Source: Tubiluchus corallicola (Eukaryota; Animalia; Priapulida). Taken from it: a DNA stretch of 64,000 bases. A model generated the notes under the pieces. The model was not told the DNA's origin and made no database searches. It worked only from the letters and a program-made list of their open reading frames with translations. Both the position numbers and the translations under genes were made by a program. The stretch is taken from assembly GCA_030141605.1 (NCBI GenBank), contig JAQGDQ010000331.1, positions 124,001 to 188,000 on the forward strand. The letters run 5' to 3'. The stretch's first letter is position 1, and the number at the start of each line of letters is the position of its first letter. Positions 35,101 to 48,101 of the stretch are shown piece after piece.

Positions 35101-38100
35101 TTGTTTTACGTCTGAATGTCAGCTGAGACGAAGTGAAGCATCAAGACTACGGTAAAATATTATGTAACTAAATGGTGAAATGCAAAATTGGAGTGTTGTT
35201 TACAATGTATTATGATTGAAAAATCAGCAATAAAAAATCAGCCTTAACGAAAATCTAAAAAATACATGAGCAATAAAAGTTGAATTTGAAAAAGTTTCTT
35301 CGTGGTTTTACTTTCAGCACTGCAGACATTTTTTTAGTGGTGGGGTGTGGTAAATACTCTTTGCATTAAAATTTTATCTGAAGCACTGCCAAGAGTTACT
35401 GAAAGGTTTCATCAAATTTCAGAAGTCAATTAAGATTGCAATAATGATTTATTAATAAACCTGTTAAATCACAACTTTCTTCTGAGAAGGTACCGTCAGG
35501 TGAATTTAAAATATTGTAGCGATCTGGAAACTCCAATGATAAATCCCAGAATGGTTCGTATGTGTGTGATTTGTGACCGCAAGCTATACAAGACACCTAG
35601 GAAGTTAAATACGAGAAAATAAAAAAGAAGAAACAATTCTTTAGCATTTGCAGTGTCCATACAGGCAGTCACATGAGGAGACACGTACATGTGCTAATTT
35701 TGAAACGATTCTACCTATTAAAATATTTGACTGTATAAATACCCCCTGCCACTAGGGCCAGCTTATGGTCCTTTGGTGCCTTTAGGTTAAAGAAGTTGTG
35801 GGTCTCTTACAGAAAAAGCCACCCTTTAACTTGCTTGCACCTGTTTTTCAATATTTTTAGTCATAATGTATTTTAGCGACATTTACATAGCTTGAAATAA
35901 ACTTATTGCAAATTCTTTAAATAATCAAGAATAGCAATCTTTTGTTTGTCAATAAAAATACTCTTTAAGAAGATTCCACTATTTTACTATTTATTGCAAA
36001 CCAAATGAAAAAAAACAGACTTTCTACCAAATGTTTTCAAAGCTTGAGGGCCCTAGGCTGCAGCCTATACTAGCTTATAGGATAATCCGGCCCTGCCTGT
36101 CACAATTTATTCTTAAAAGCGATTGATTTTTAACAAATAAATGCATAAAATTCATCAGTATTGATAATCAGTACACATTACTTCAATAACATTTACTCTA
36201 TATAATAAATGCGTAAGGAAATATCCAAGTTGGTTTTTCTATTTATTGTTACCGGAGATAATGAAAAAAGCAATTCCAAATATATTTAAATGCTGTAGTT
36301 TATCTATAGATAATATCTACAGCATTAGTTAATAGTCAGTCTCACCTCACTGACTAGCTCTCCTTGAAATATTTCTGTCACAATTGTATGGTGAGCACAT
36401 TTCTGATTAGCTGTTGTTATAGGGACATACACCCATCCACGTGGACAATTACGATTAAGATTCTCTGTGAAACGTCGCTGAGATAATGAGCTGGTTAATT
36501 CTGTATGCACTCTTTCTATCAACTCACTGTAGAAACAAATTATAAGAATTACTCACTCTGTCACTTAACTGTACATCAGGCATTTAGTTATAGATCTTTC
36601 ATTTAAGGCAAAATATAAATTAGTACCAACAATAGTGTTTAAATGTTATCATTTATACCTTAAACTCCACTCACATTTTGACTACTATAACCACCCTATA
36701 ATAAGATATAATAAATTTCTAAGCTGTTATGCTTAATTGCAAACCAAAACCCTCCATAAGTCGGCACAGTTGAAACTACGTAAAAAAGACGCTTCAAATT
36801 AAAATGTATCAAATGTGGTCAAATGTCAATTTTTCGTTTTTTTATAAAAACACATGTTAAATATATTTGACTTTTATATTCTAACATCAAATAATCAAGA
36901 AAGTGTTCAGAAATACTAAAAATTTAATTTTACAACCCCGAACTCACTTTTTATCTAGAAACTGGTACTACAATTGTATAAAAAATTGTATTTTCAAACT
37001 TCGATAGCAGCTCGTAGAAGAGTCGTTTTGCTTCGTTTTTTTCTGTTGCCAAGGCCAGAACTTCGTCAGGAAGAGCTATCTACTGGATTTAGTCATAACT
37101 TTAACGTGTTCTTGCAAAATCCATAACAACCAACTTTTGTGCGGTTGCTAAGATTTCGTAGAACTGCGACAAAAACAATGGCTAACTTTAAGAGCAATTT
37201 TCTCAAGGTTACAGTTTTCAGTGTATAGCCTGCACCTCAACTTCAATGTGGATTATCTCAGTTCAGAAATAACATAGAACGATGATTTTGGTATTAAAGT
37301 GACCCTTATGAAATAGAGATTCAGGATGCGTGAATAACTAGAAAAGCTTAATTGCCGACTTATGGAAGTTTCTACCATGCAAACACACATATAATGAAAT
37401 TTTCTAACAATATAAATACTCAGTTATAAAAACCACCACAGCTGGCCAATATTGTCAAAATGAAGGGACGGACATTTAATTTTTTTTTGCAATCTAAGCT
37501 ATAGATTATTTAAAAAAAAGAAAATTAAGATAAATACGTTACCATAAAAATTCTTGCGCATCTTGTTGTGCAAAACCTTTAAAAGAGGGAATGGCTTTCC
37601 AGACGGCATGTAACATGGAATGTGGGCTAACGATCGCCCACTTGCCTGACCATAACACACGAAATAAATCATGCAACTCATGACATAAGGACCTGAAATG
37701 ACAAAAATATAATGGAAAAGAATTATGCTGTCATAAGAAAGTTATGAAATGCAATAACTATAATTAATAGAATATTTTTATGTATGGTTGGTAATAACCT
37801 GTTACTGATAACTTTTAACTGAATAACAAAACATTTTATCCTTTTATTCATAGCCTATAATTTAGATACTGCTCAAGCCGCTTGATATTTTTTATCTTTG
37901 ATAAGACAGAAATGTACGAATGAGCCATAAATGATTCATTTGTGAGATGGTTTTTGGTTAGGTTTAGAAAGATCTTTGATTCATTACTTCTTCTAGATCT
38001 ACAAAAGTGGTTTCTTTACTTTCATCTGTACAAGTATTAATACACCAGTGCATCATAAGCAACACCTAAGTGGCTGACCATATGCACACAACTTTCTTAA

Positions 38101-41100
38101 ATTACATCACTACATAAATATAGCATCAATCCTTGTTCTTCATTTTGCAATTTCATTTTCACTTCCGTAATACTTTTTCATCTTTAAAACTTTATTAGCT
38201 ATGTGCATTATAGAGTTACATATGACAAATGTATTTCATGCAATAAAAACATGTACATACACAGTTTCTGCATCCTTTTCTTCAACTTGCATTTTCTGTA
38301 TACCCGTGTTGATACTTGGAGAGCTTCCACCATTTAATCCGCCTTGTTTACGACGGTGCTGTTTAGCATTGTTGTTCTCAGGTTTGTTTTTGTTAGACTC
38401 ATTGTCCTTGTGCTCAACATGCTATGAAAAGGAAAAAAAAGCGGTTCAATGATCTATGCATAAAACACACATTTTCAAGTTGTAACTCTAAAAATACGCT
38501 ATACATGCAACTAATTATTAAAATACTTGCTGTAAAGTATAAAACCATTTTGATTTTCTGGCACTTTTTTTCTACTAACAAGCCTAAAAGTTATATCTAC
38601 TACCTATTTTCTAACAAATCATAAGAATAATTTGTTTTGTGTTGCTACATCCATTCCATTTGTAGTAGTTTAAAATAAATAAAACAATCTAAATACCCAC
38701 TTGTGGTAACATGATATTGCAAATGAGGTCAACGGAAACTAATAATTTTGCAGTAATTTCAGGAATTCTTAAAACAAAAATCCCTAAATTCAGCCTAACT
38801 ATTGACTTTTGTATCTTTAGTTCTCTATTTGGCTAATCAGAGGAATAAGTATTTAATGTCTTGCAATACTCCATTAGCATATAACAAGTCAACCATGCCT
38901 TTAAACTTTCATATTGTTTTTGCGGATTGTGCAAGGCCAAACAAATAAGAATACGTCCTTAGAGAAAAACAGACAAATACTATATTTTGTTAAAAAAACA
39001 TTTTTCCATGTAATAAATGGGTTTATTGCATATGAAATAAATATGATCCAATTTCCTTAAATTTTCCAAAAAAACAACGCTAAAAACTTGGCAACCTTTT
39101 ACCAAGATGGCAGTATGGCAAGCAATATAATAATGCATGCAGATAAGATACTACAACCACATAAGGTACTTGAGTTTTGATGAGTGATAAAAATGGCAAA
39201 TTACGCACATACAGTATGACAATTCACCTTAAATGAGCACAGTTTTTTACTTTTCCAAATATGTCACACATAATTTAACACATAAAGCAGAATTACATGA
39301 GTGCTTATTTGTCATAAGGTTACTGAGTATTACATGACTGCTTATTTGTCATGTGCTTACTGAATATGACAAAATTACCTGCTTTGCTTCCATAGTTGTT
39401 TGTCTGGCATATGTGCGTTCATAAACATTGTTCTCAGGTAAAGAGTTCTTCTTAATCTTGTTCTGCTTGTTTGGCTTTCTAGTGTAGACGTTGCAATGAC
39501 TAACCTCCATGTTAACAAAAAATTCTCGAAACTGTGGTATGTGCCTGAGAAAAACACAAAGTAGAGTTGAATGTAAATAACAGAATTTTTTGCAAATGAA
39601 AATCTTAAACAAGTTTTACTTTATTTGCCAAATGGGAAACTTCATTTGGTATATATGTTGTATTCATAATTATGTTATTTTTTTACTTATATCAATTTTG
39701 TGTTATTTTAAGGTTCTAGAATATAGTTAGGCAGCAAATGAATTCTAACATGTTGAGTAACTGAGTTCATATTATAGCTTCACCATTTGCCCATGACAAA
39801 ATTTCTTTGAAATATAGATGAAAAAAGTGTAAACTACCATTAGTAAGAAGTCTCAAAGGATTGATACTTGATATCAATCAAATTAGCTGGGCGTTACTTT
39901 ACAACAGATTTGATGATTAAGGTAATCCGCATCATTTCTTTTAATTCTGCAAATCTTTGCAATTATTCACTAGCCGTTACTCTTTAAATAATGTACCACA
40001 AAACTTCACTTATTTTATTCTCAGGAATGTTACAACTTACCCAAGAACTTGTATAATAGAGTTCATGTAGCAGGTGTTACCAAGATTTCGTAGTCCTGTG
40101 ACACCTGGTGTAAACACTTGTTTTCTCTTTGGTGAAATGGGTGCTGTCACCTCCTTTGGTGGCGTTAAAGTGGTGGACAAGTCTTTCATGTAGCGAGCAT
40201 ATGCACGCCAAGCTAAAAATGTTTTTTGAAGGAGCGTTAAACGTCGATGTCGGAAAGCTGTAAATGTCTTATCCGCATCTCTTAATACAGACTCTGCAGA
40301 TCTGCAATAAACACGAAAGCAGTGTTAAACGGTAATTCAAATCAGTTAAAAACATAGATGAACCTTAGCATTTTTACCGATAGTGAAAAACAATAACAAT
40401 TCTTATCTTCATATAGGATTGTCATTGCTGTTTTGTCAATAGATAGAATTTAAGTTTTATTGCAATGGCAGTGTAAGCAAAAATATCAACGGAAAATGTA
40501 GCCATAGCATAATGTTGTGAATGTTTGTTTGATTAGGATGGCTAGCCAAAGAAATGGAAAAACAGTAGTCACAGATTGGTATAATTTTCACAGAGACAGA
40601 AGATTAATGTTTGAGACAAAGTTTTGACAACCAAAAAATTGAGACAAAAATTAGGACAATTTTTTTTGGCTAAGTATAGCCTTCTACAGATACGCAATAT
40701 ACATTTAATGGCTTTGAAAACACAGTAACAAACTGAGAAAATTATTTTCTTGTCTCAATATTAAATCAACTTTCTCAAAAGTGAATCTAATAACCAAGAA
40801 ACCGCTAATCCAATAATGCACATTATTTCAGCTTGTTTAGTTATAAACAACTATTGACCAACAAAATCAGCCCTGGAAAATGCCTTTGCAGCTGAGCTCA
40901 TTTCTGATTGGCCTAAAGTAAAGCTTTTCATATAAATAAAGTAGCGAAATTAACTTACTCAGAATCGCTAGAAGAACTGAAAGCTGATCGCATAAACCTA
41001 CTGCTTCTACCTTCGAGATTCTCAAAACTTTGAGAAGCAATGGCACTAAGCATAGTTCTAAGCAGCTTGATTTCACCAGCAGCATTATCATTCAACACAT

Positions 41101-44100
41101 AGTCATCACACATATAGCTAAATACAGAAAACAATGATATAATTAAAGTCACACACACCAAGCTGATCACTGTAGAGCATTTTTAAGTTTGATTTGCTCA
41201 AGAAATGGAAGTTGTTTCTGCTAATTTGGTTGCAAAAGGAAAAACCTATATCAATCGTTTTTTGCAATCATATTGTATTCTATAACTTGTACTGCTTTTT
41301 ATATTTTTGTGCAGGCATTCTTGTTTAAAAGTTAAAATTAAAACAAGGATAGAGAATGCTGTTTGTTATGGTTTTAAATAGAGATGGGCAGAATCCAGAA
41401 AATAATTACTAAATCGAATCAGAATTTTTTCAGTTTTTTAAACCGAACTGAACTGAACAAGCCGAAACCACATAGGCCCAACAAAAATTTACGCGAAACT
41501 GCAGCAGGCATAACTGAAACAAAACTGAAACTGAAGTAGGTCTACAAGTACAACCAAATCAGAGCAGAAATCGTAAAAACTTAATAAGAATGTATTGAAA
41601 AGATGGCAATATTTCAACATATCAAGCTATTGAAGTTGTGCACAAGTTTCATGGACAAAATTTTCCTACCTTGCAGCACAGGCCTCGAAATTACAAAAAT
41701 TTATATCATTGTTCTCGTGGTATTTGGCTTATAACTTGTCATTCAGTTGCTTAGAATGATTATACAAATGTGGTAATATAATATTGTGTGTAAAAATTAT
41801 AATTAACAACTTTACTTGCATTAGAAAAGTAAATGTTGCATGTCATGCATGATGTACATAAACTGCCTAATCCATTATCAAAAATACAAGTAATTGTTCA
41901 AATTTTTCTGCAAAAAAAAGGAACTAGTTCAGGTTCTAAGTTCCAAGTCTGGAATATTATTTACACTAATTACAGCAAAATTTAAAAAGTAGTTAAAGGG
42001 ATATGACTAAAAATAATCATTCTCCAAAGTACCTCATCCACCAAAGCACTTTTTTGGCCAGTGTTGCTTAACCATTGAAGGTAGAATGAGTGGCTATAAT
42101 TCTAGTAATAAAACTTTTCCAAAAACCAAATAATTAGCACCTGTACTGGTAGGTGATTAAACAGCCAAACTGGCATTAATGGTATTACATACTACATAAT
42201 CGTTAGAATTACGATAGTAAGCTGTTTGGGCCAGTTGCCAAAACGTGCTCTGCAAAATGCAGGTTATCAGGTCTTCACTGAGCAGTAAAATCGAGATACA
42301 AAATCAATAAAATGTTCTCTTCCTATAATTGGAATGGGTGGGCATAAATACAGTAACATTATGCACGATGCATTCAAGGTCATTTACCTTGGCTGTGAGC
42401 CTGTGGCTATGTATAAATAGCAAGCGGTAGGCAGTATAGTATTGTACATATTGGCACAGATTGTACATTTTCATCAACCAAACCGAAGCCAATTTCTTTA
42501 TGCTTGGATGCTACCAAACCAATGTTTAACCGAATGATTGGCCGTGCTGCAGAACCAATTTTTGAATAAAATATCAAGTTAAATTGCAATACCGAACCGA
42601 AGCCGAACCAATTTTCTTTGTAATTTTCTTGTAATTCCAAGTGAAAAGAATTATATATTCTATAATGCTTTATCATTTTAAGTTAGTAGAAATTGGTTAG
42701 CAGTATAAAACTGTTGATTACTAAATGTACGTTTGTATTTAATGTTATGTAGAACAGCGTTAAGTATTTTAAAAGCAGCCACAATTCTTTCAAAAGCCCT
42801 ATAACTATTTTGTATAATCAATAAAAGCAGTATTTAAGCAATAAGAACAGTATATAATTGTTTACTAGCTTGAGCTCTCATTGATTTATTCCATCGCATA
42901 TAAGCAAATACAGCACTGCCACGCTATTGCGCATGACATGACTTGTGTACCGACGGTGTTTCGCATTCTTCAAGTTATCATACAGAAACAGAAAGCAAAA
43001 TGTCAGCTGTTGCGCTGTGTTCACTGTTTACTATCAATCTATCTTCGGATAACTTTTTATAAGCATTACAGAAATTCAGTTTGTTTAACATAATCTTCAG
43101 CAAATGTGACAATTATTAAAAAAGTAGGTTCTGTACACCGAGGAGTGAGTAACATGCATATATAGATCTTAATAAGAGATGAAGCGGGTGTTTGAATTTG
43201 TTCAGATCATAATTTTTCATGTAGGCCTATTTACTGAACCGAAACTTTGCTCTATCCCAGATTCCCAGACGAATCGAATCGAAACAAATCATAGATTCAT
43301 CTCCCGAATCCGAGACAGATTACACTCGAACCCAATCCTAGCTATAAGGGACTGAAACCCTATCCAGTTTACGTCTATATCCACTTTAATCCTAGTTTAG
43401 ACAGAGGCAGATCAAACTTTTCATGTACCTTACTGAGTCAGTGCATTGTTGGTACAGCTCGGTAAAAAAAGTCGCAAAGAAATGGTCATAATTTGTCTTA
43501 AATTTCATAAACAACTCAAGTAAAAAACCTTTACTTGTAACTTTTATTAAGTAATTTTTTATGGTTGTTCATGGCCTGCAAGATGGAACTTGTCTAACTG
43601 CTTTAAACATGGCTATAATTTGACTAATTATTAGGTGAGGCATTTAGATAATAACAGAATTTAATAATCTATCACTGTATAGAGGTGACAAATACATCTC
43701 AATAACGCTGTCATACTTTCAGAAGAATAAGAAGGATAACTAGGAAATGCCAAGTTAGGACAAAGTTACTAGCTAGCAATTTCTATACAATATCATTAAA
43801 ATAAAAAAGTTACTTACCAATATACATATTTCTCATTCACTTCAATAGCTATTGGATGCTAAAAAATTATAAAGAATAATAAGAGCTATGTACACATGTG
43901 CTCTTTATTAATCAATTCAAAAAACATTTTTTACAAATACCTAAGCAACATAAATTCTTATTACACGAAGAAAAATACACAAACTATTGTTATTATTATT
44001 ATTTTCAATACATAATGTCCCACATTAAGTATGCTTATATAGCAAACTCATCTAGTTAATAATGTCAATATTTCTAAGCAGACTGTAGAAAACAAAAAAA

Positions 44101-44547
44101 ATTGATTTTAATTTATCACTGACAAACTACACAGAAAATATCTTACAGTAGATTCCTTAAAGTGGTTGACAGCATGTTCTTGATTAAAACGTCCACACCC
44201 AACATGAAAACAATTCAGGCAAGCCTAAAATACAAAAAATGTGTAAAAGCAGTAACACAATTTTGTGCTAAAGCCAATGGACTGGTAACATCCACTTACA
44301 ATAACAATTAATTCAAAAACTAAAGATAATATGCAGGTAACAATTTTAATGCCTTCGTCAGTTGCTAAACGAACTGCAATTCGGTTTTCTATGTACATGC
44401 ATGCTAATATTGAATTCACAAGTAATGTTTTCATACCCAAACACTTTCAGTAGATTCACAGTCTGCACAAATCCACTTCTGAGGGTTTAAAATGGAATGG
44501 TTATCTCCTAAATTGAAGCGAGAAACGTGCTTACACTTATCTGTCAT
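32112..44547 (-). CDS. USP44: Ubiquitin-specific protease, USP44/USP49-like (ZnF-UBP plus USP domain), ~712 aa
   Basis: 14 exons in frame: 44547-44437, 44224-44147, 43858-43818, 41117-40959, 40301-40041, 39544-39379, 38421-38261, 37692-37543, 36526-36346, 35596-35461, 34326-34258, 33338-33230, 32904-32711 and 32434-32112. N-terminus [25 protein letters not shown]; Cys box [13 protein letters not shown]; QQDAQEFL; EPFWDLSL; LHLKRF; His box [11 protein letters not shown]; CND; AYILFY. USP44 versus USP49 is not resolvable. Confidence 0.92.
33370..33893 (+). mobile_element. Internally deleted hAT transposon keeping the transposase dimerization-domain coding region
   Basis: Perfect 8-bp TSD ATGAAGTC (33362-33369 and 33894-33901); right end GGCCCTG. 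ORF 33483-33722 reads [15 protein letters not shown]...[12 protein letters not shown], typical of the hAT C-terminal dimerization domain. Confidence 0.85.
35753..36095. mobile_element. hAT-type MITE
   Basis: TIRs TAGGGCCAGCTTA / revcomp CAGGGCCGGATTA; 8-bp flanks CCTGCCAC / CCTGTCAC. Confidence 0.78.
36749..37370. mobile_element. Non-autonomous TIR element (~620 bp)
   Basis: Inverted repeats TCCATAAGTCGGCA (36753-36766) and TGCCGACTTATGGA (37353-37366). Confidence 0.7.
41379..43320. mobile_element. Degraded DNA-transposon remnants with AACCG/GAATC subterminal repeats
   Basis: TAGAGATGGG start; clusters of AACCGAAC/CGAATC at 41410-41530, 42590-42610 and 43235-43310; boundaries uncertain. Confidence 0.4.
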
Positions 44548-46262
44548 TTTTATGCAGCTACCTGATACCTGCAAAACATCAGTAAAAATATTAGGATTGA
44601 AAATGTGCTTAAAGATATCGATTAATCACGTCAAAATCAGAGGTTATAATATTTCGCAGTAGAAAAAAGACAACCAAAGCTATTCAGAACTAGAGTAATC
44701 TCATAGGTCCAATGGTTGTTTCCGGGTAACTACAAATGATTGATTAAAAAAATTGCCAGCCCAACATAGAAGGCATGTATTAACCAGATGAGGATGTATT
44801 AAGGAGAATGGCAATTGGCAGGAGAAAGAGAGAGACAGAGAGAGCATAATGGACACCAGTAAAGCACTCAACTGATCACTCTTAAATATAAAGAAAATTA
44901 ACAAAAATACAATCACCAGACATTCAGATAAATGACATCGATGGTGGACGTAAGAAAACCCGGGTCTGACATTTGAATTTTGTTGAAATAACTAAGTCTA
45001 CAAAATCGCTTACTCATAATTTTATAGAAACTGTGAAACTACCTGCAACATCATGGAACATACTTAGTAATTGCATAAATGTGTACACATAAACTCATAA
45101 TACGTTTGAAGTATCTACACGAGCATAGCATTATTTTGTGATTCAACTATTTTATAAGCTTGAGTACATAAATTTTAGATCAATATGCTCTTACGTCATG
45201 TCTCGTGAGAGATACAGTTTTATTTACGATGATGTGTTTTACGTCTCTTTTTATTTGAACACATTAACATCATTAAGCAAGGACACAAAAAATCATTGCA
45301 TTTCCAATATATTAGAGTGAAATTGGACTTTCCTTTAGTAGTAATACTAGTACCATAGCACAAAATAGTCATACTATATCACATTGCGTAGGATTCCAGG
45401 AAGATTAAAACTGTTATCACCCAGAACACCACAAGTAATTTACAATTTTAAATAATATTTTACTTCTAAAGTTATATGCATTTTTTTATCTGAGGTTTTT
45501 TATGAGTTGGTATACTGCAAGCTTATCAGAGTGGTTTTCCAAAAAGTGACAAATACACATTTGGTTACACAAACATTTTTTTGCCAATAGATGGCACAGC
45601 TCAATAATGTATCTACAGGGTACAATTAAAATTTAAAGTTTTCCTGTTAGCCTGTAAAGTTACTTTTTCTGCTTACCATAACAGCTGTCTGATCATGACA
45701 ATGATGACTACATTTCAAGTACTAAAATTAGTAATAATATGACAATGATGTAGGTCATTAGCTAATTACTTAGTACGTAACAAACTTTGCAGTAAATAAC
45801 TATAAATCTCCAGTGGAAATGAGTATTTCTGTCTTTTTCTCTTTTTTGTACACGTGTGTCTTTTTGCACTAATGTTTTTCTTTTACTAATAGGTATCTTT
45901 ACGACTTTTGTTACTTTATTAATAAAAGGTATAAATCAATTAAAATGAAATTATTCATTCATCGCAGCCTATATCTGTATCTGTTTCCACTTGGAAAATG
46001 CTCTTAGCTTATAACCAGCAAATACCAGTGATACAAAAAATTTTGAATGTATTATTGTAACATTAATTTTGCGAATGAATCACTAATATTCTTATAATTT
46101 GCCCCCCTCCCTCAACATAGCCCATCTTTAATAGTTATGATGGCTACATTACTACCATCAATTATATTTAAATGCTCTATACAATTATAGTTATTACTAC
46201 AAGTATAATGTATAATTTAATCTCTTCTCCCCCACTTAAATTTGAGTATATACATGTATATG

Positions 46263-46299
<37 letters not shown>

Positions 46300-46937
46300 C
46301 ATTGTATATACAAGTAAGCAATATGGTGCATTGTAATACAAGTGGTACATTGACAGATAATCACATATTCGTAACTATTTAAAAAAAATACCTCGCACTA
46401 CTCAAATCATTTTATTTAAAGTTTATTAATGTGTATGATATTGTATGTTGATGTGTGAAAACAAATTGTTCATAGTATACCTGCAGAAAATAGTACTGAC
46501 GATTTAGGTTTTCTTATGCAAAAATGTACACCTTTACATGTTTGCGTTAGCCACAAGTAATTAAATTGTCAGAATAAAACGACCCGAATTTAGCTCATAG
46601 TTGAACTGTCAAAAATTATCATTGCTGTAGTGTGTGATAAAGAAGTGATAAGACCACATGAACGATTTGAATACAACTGGCAAAACTAAACTTCTTTACT
46701 TAGAGCTCCTTCCAAGACTTCTATCCTTTGTGCTGAGAACCATAATTATAATGGCATGAAAAAAGGTGAGGTTTAAATTTGTTAAATCAAACCAATATTT
46801 AAAATACTTGCTTGACTACAAAGCAGACTCTGCACTATACCAGCAAACCCAAAATTCTTGCGTGCAAGTTAAAAAATACTTGGACTGTTGAAAATCTTTT
46901 GTTGCAAAATTTAATGAGGTTATCGTACGAATACGGA

Positions 46938-46975
46938 GGCCGCCATTACATAAGAAGCGCCTTTTGATTGGTTAC
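46938..46975. promoter_or_regulatory. Candidate promoter core (YY1-like GCCGCCAT, reverse CCAAT box)
   Basis: GC-richer patch GGCCGCCATT ... GATTGGTT between the USP 5' end and a candidate + strand exon. Confidence 0.3.
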
Positions 46976-47305
46976 CGCGATTACGATGAGTTCTGGGAAA
47001 AGGAGTGTGCAATTTTTTATATAACATTGATTTTCGTATTTTTACAGCAAATGCTTTGAGTTTTGAAAATAAATTTGAGGAATTTATTTTAATGAGAAGT
47101 AAATTGTAAAAAAAAACAATGTTGACAAATTATTAATGAAATCAAACTTAAGTTACTGAAAGGTGCTGCTACCTTGTAGTATGGTCTCACAATTTCACAA
47201 ACATCCGTCACATCAGAATACGTGATTTCGTACTGTATCCAGTGTCTAAAGAAGTTTGTAAAGAGCCTTTGTAAAATAAACGATTAATGTTTGATTACAC
47301 AGACC

Positions 47306-47353
47306 ATGGCTAAAGCAAGCTTACCGTTTTATGCTTTCTTTGAAAAGGGACGG
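47306..47353 (+). CDS. Candidate short first coding exon, unknown gene
   Basis: ACCATGG context, MAKASLPFYAFFEKGR, strong donor CGG|GTAAGT. Confidence 0.3.
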
Positions 47354-47631
47354 GTAAGTTTGATCAGGGTTACTTTGTTTTTTGCATCACGAAAAGTGTG
47401 TTATGTACAACTACAACTTAGTACAAGTTAATAATTAATTTAGTTCAGCTAAAACTGGGATGCCTCGATTGATTATTATTTATGGTTATCTTGATTGTTT
47501 TTGTGAGTTGTAACATTTTACCGTTTTGTGATTTCGCAAATATATTTTTTTTCAACAAATTCTTAGTAATAAGTACCCATCGTAACCGTCGTTCTTCTAA
47601 AAATATTATTATTACTTACAAGTTACAGTTA

Positions 47632-47840
47632 CCGTATATACTTACATACAAGTCGAATTTTTGGGTGGCGATTTTAATGTGAAATTTTTGGGGTCGACTT
47701 ATACTTGACGATATTTTTTTGGGAGATGTCGCTAAAGAGTCGTCTACAATACGAATGTGTAAAGAAATTCTTCATTATACGCTAGACTGAAGGGCCAGTC
47801 TGCATTATCATGGATTGCATTGAGGGCCCTCAACATGAAT

Positions 47841-47873
<33 letters not shown>

Positions 47874-48101
47874 CATCGGGTAGGTGTAATATACTCGGCC
47901 CAGGCACTAGCACATATCTTACACACTAACACAGTAGGCTATTGATTTATTACTTGGCCATTGTTGACATCATTTACTCTGGAAGATCTTAATATGTTAT
48001 GGTCGGCTTGTACACAGGTAATATATAAAATGATGCAATTTTTGGTCTTAAAATGCACATCGACTTGTGCATAAGGTTGACTTGTACACACGTATATATG
48101 G
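47632..48101. mobile_element. Tc1/pogo-type MITE
   Basis: TA-flanked TIRs CCGTATATACTTACATACAAGTCGA / revcomp CCATATATACGTGTGTACAAGTCAA, with internal GTCGACTTATAC-like copies. Confidence 0.75.
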
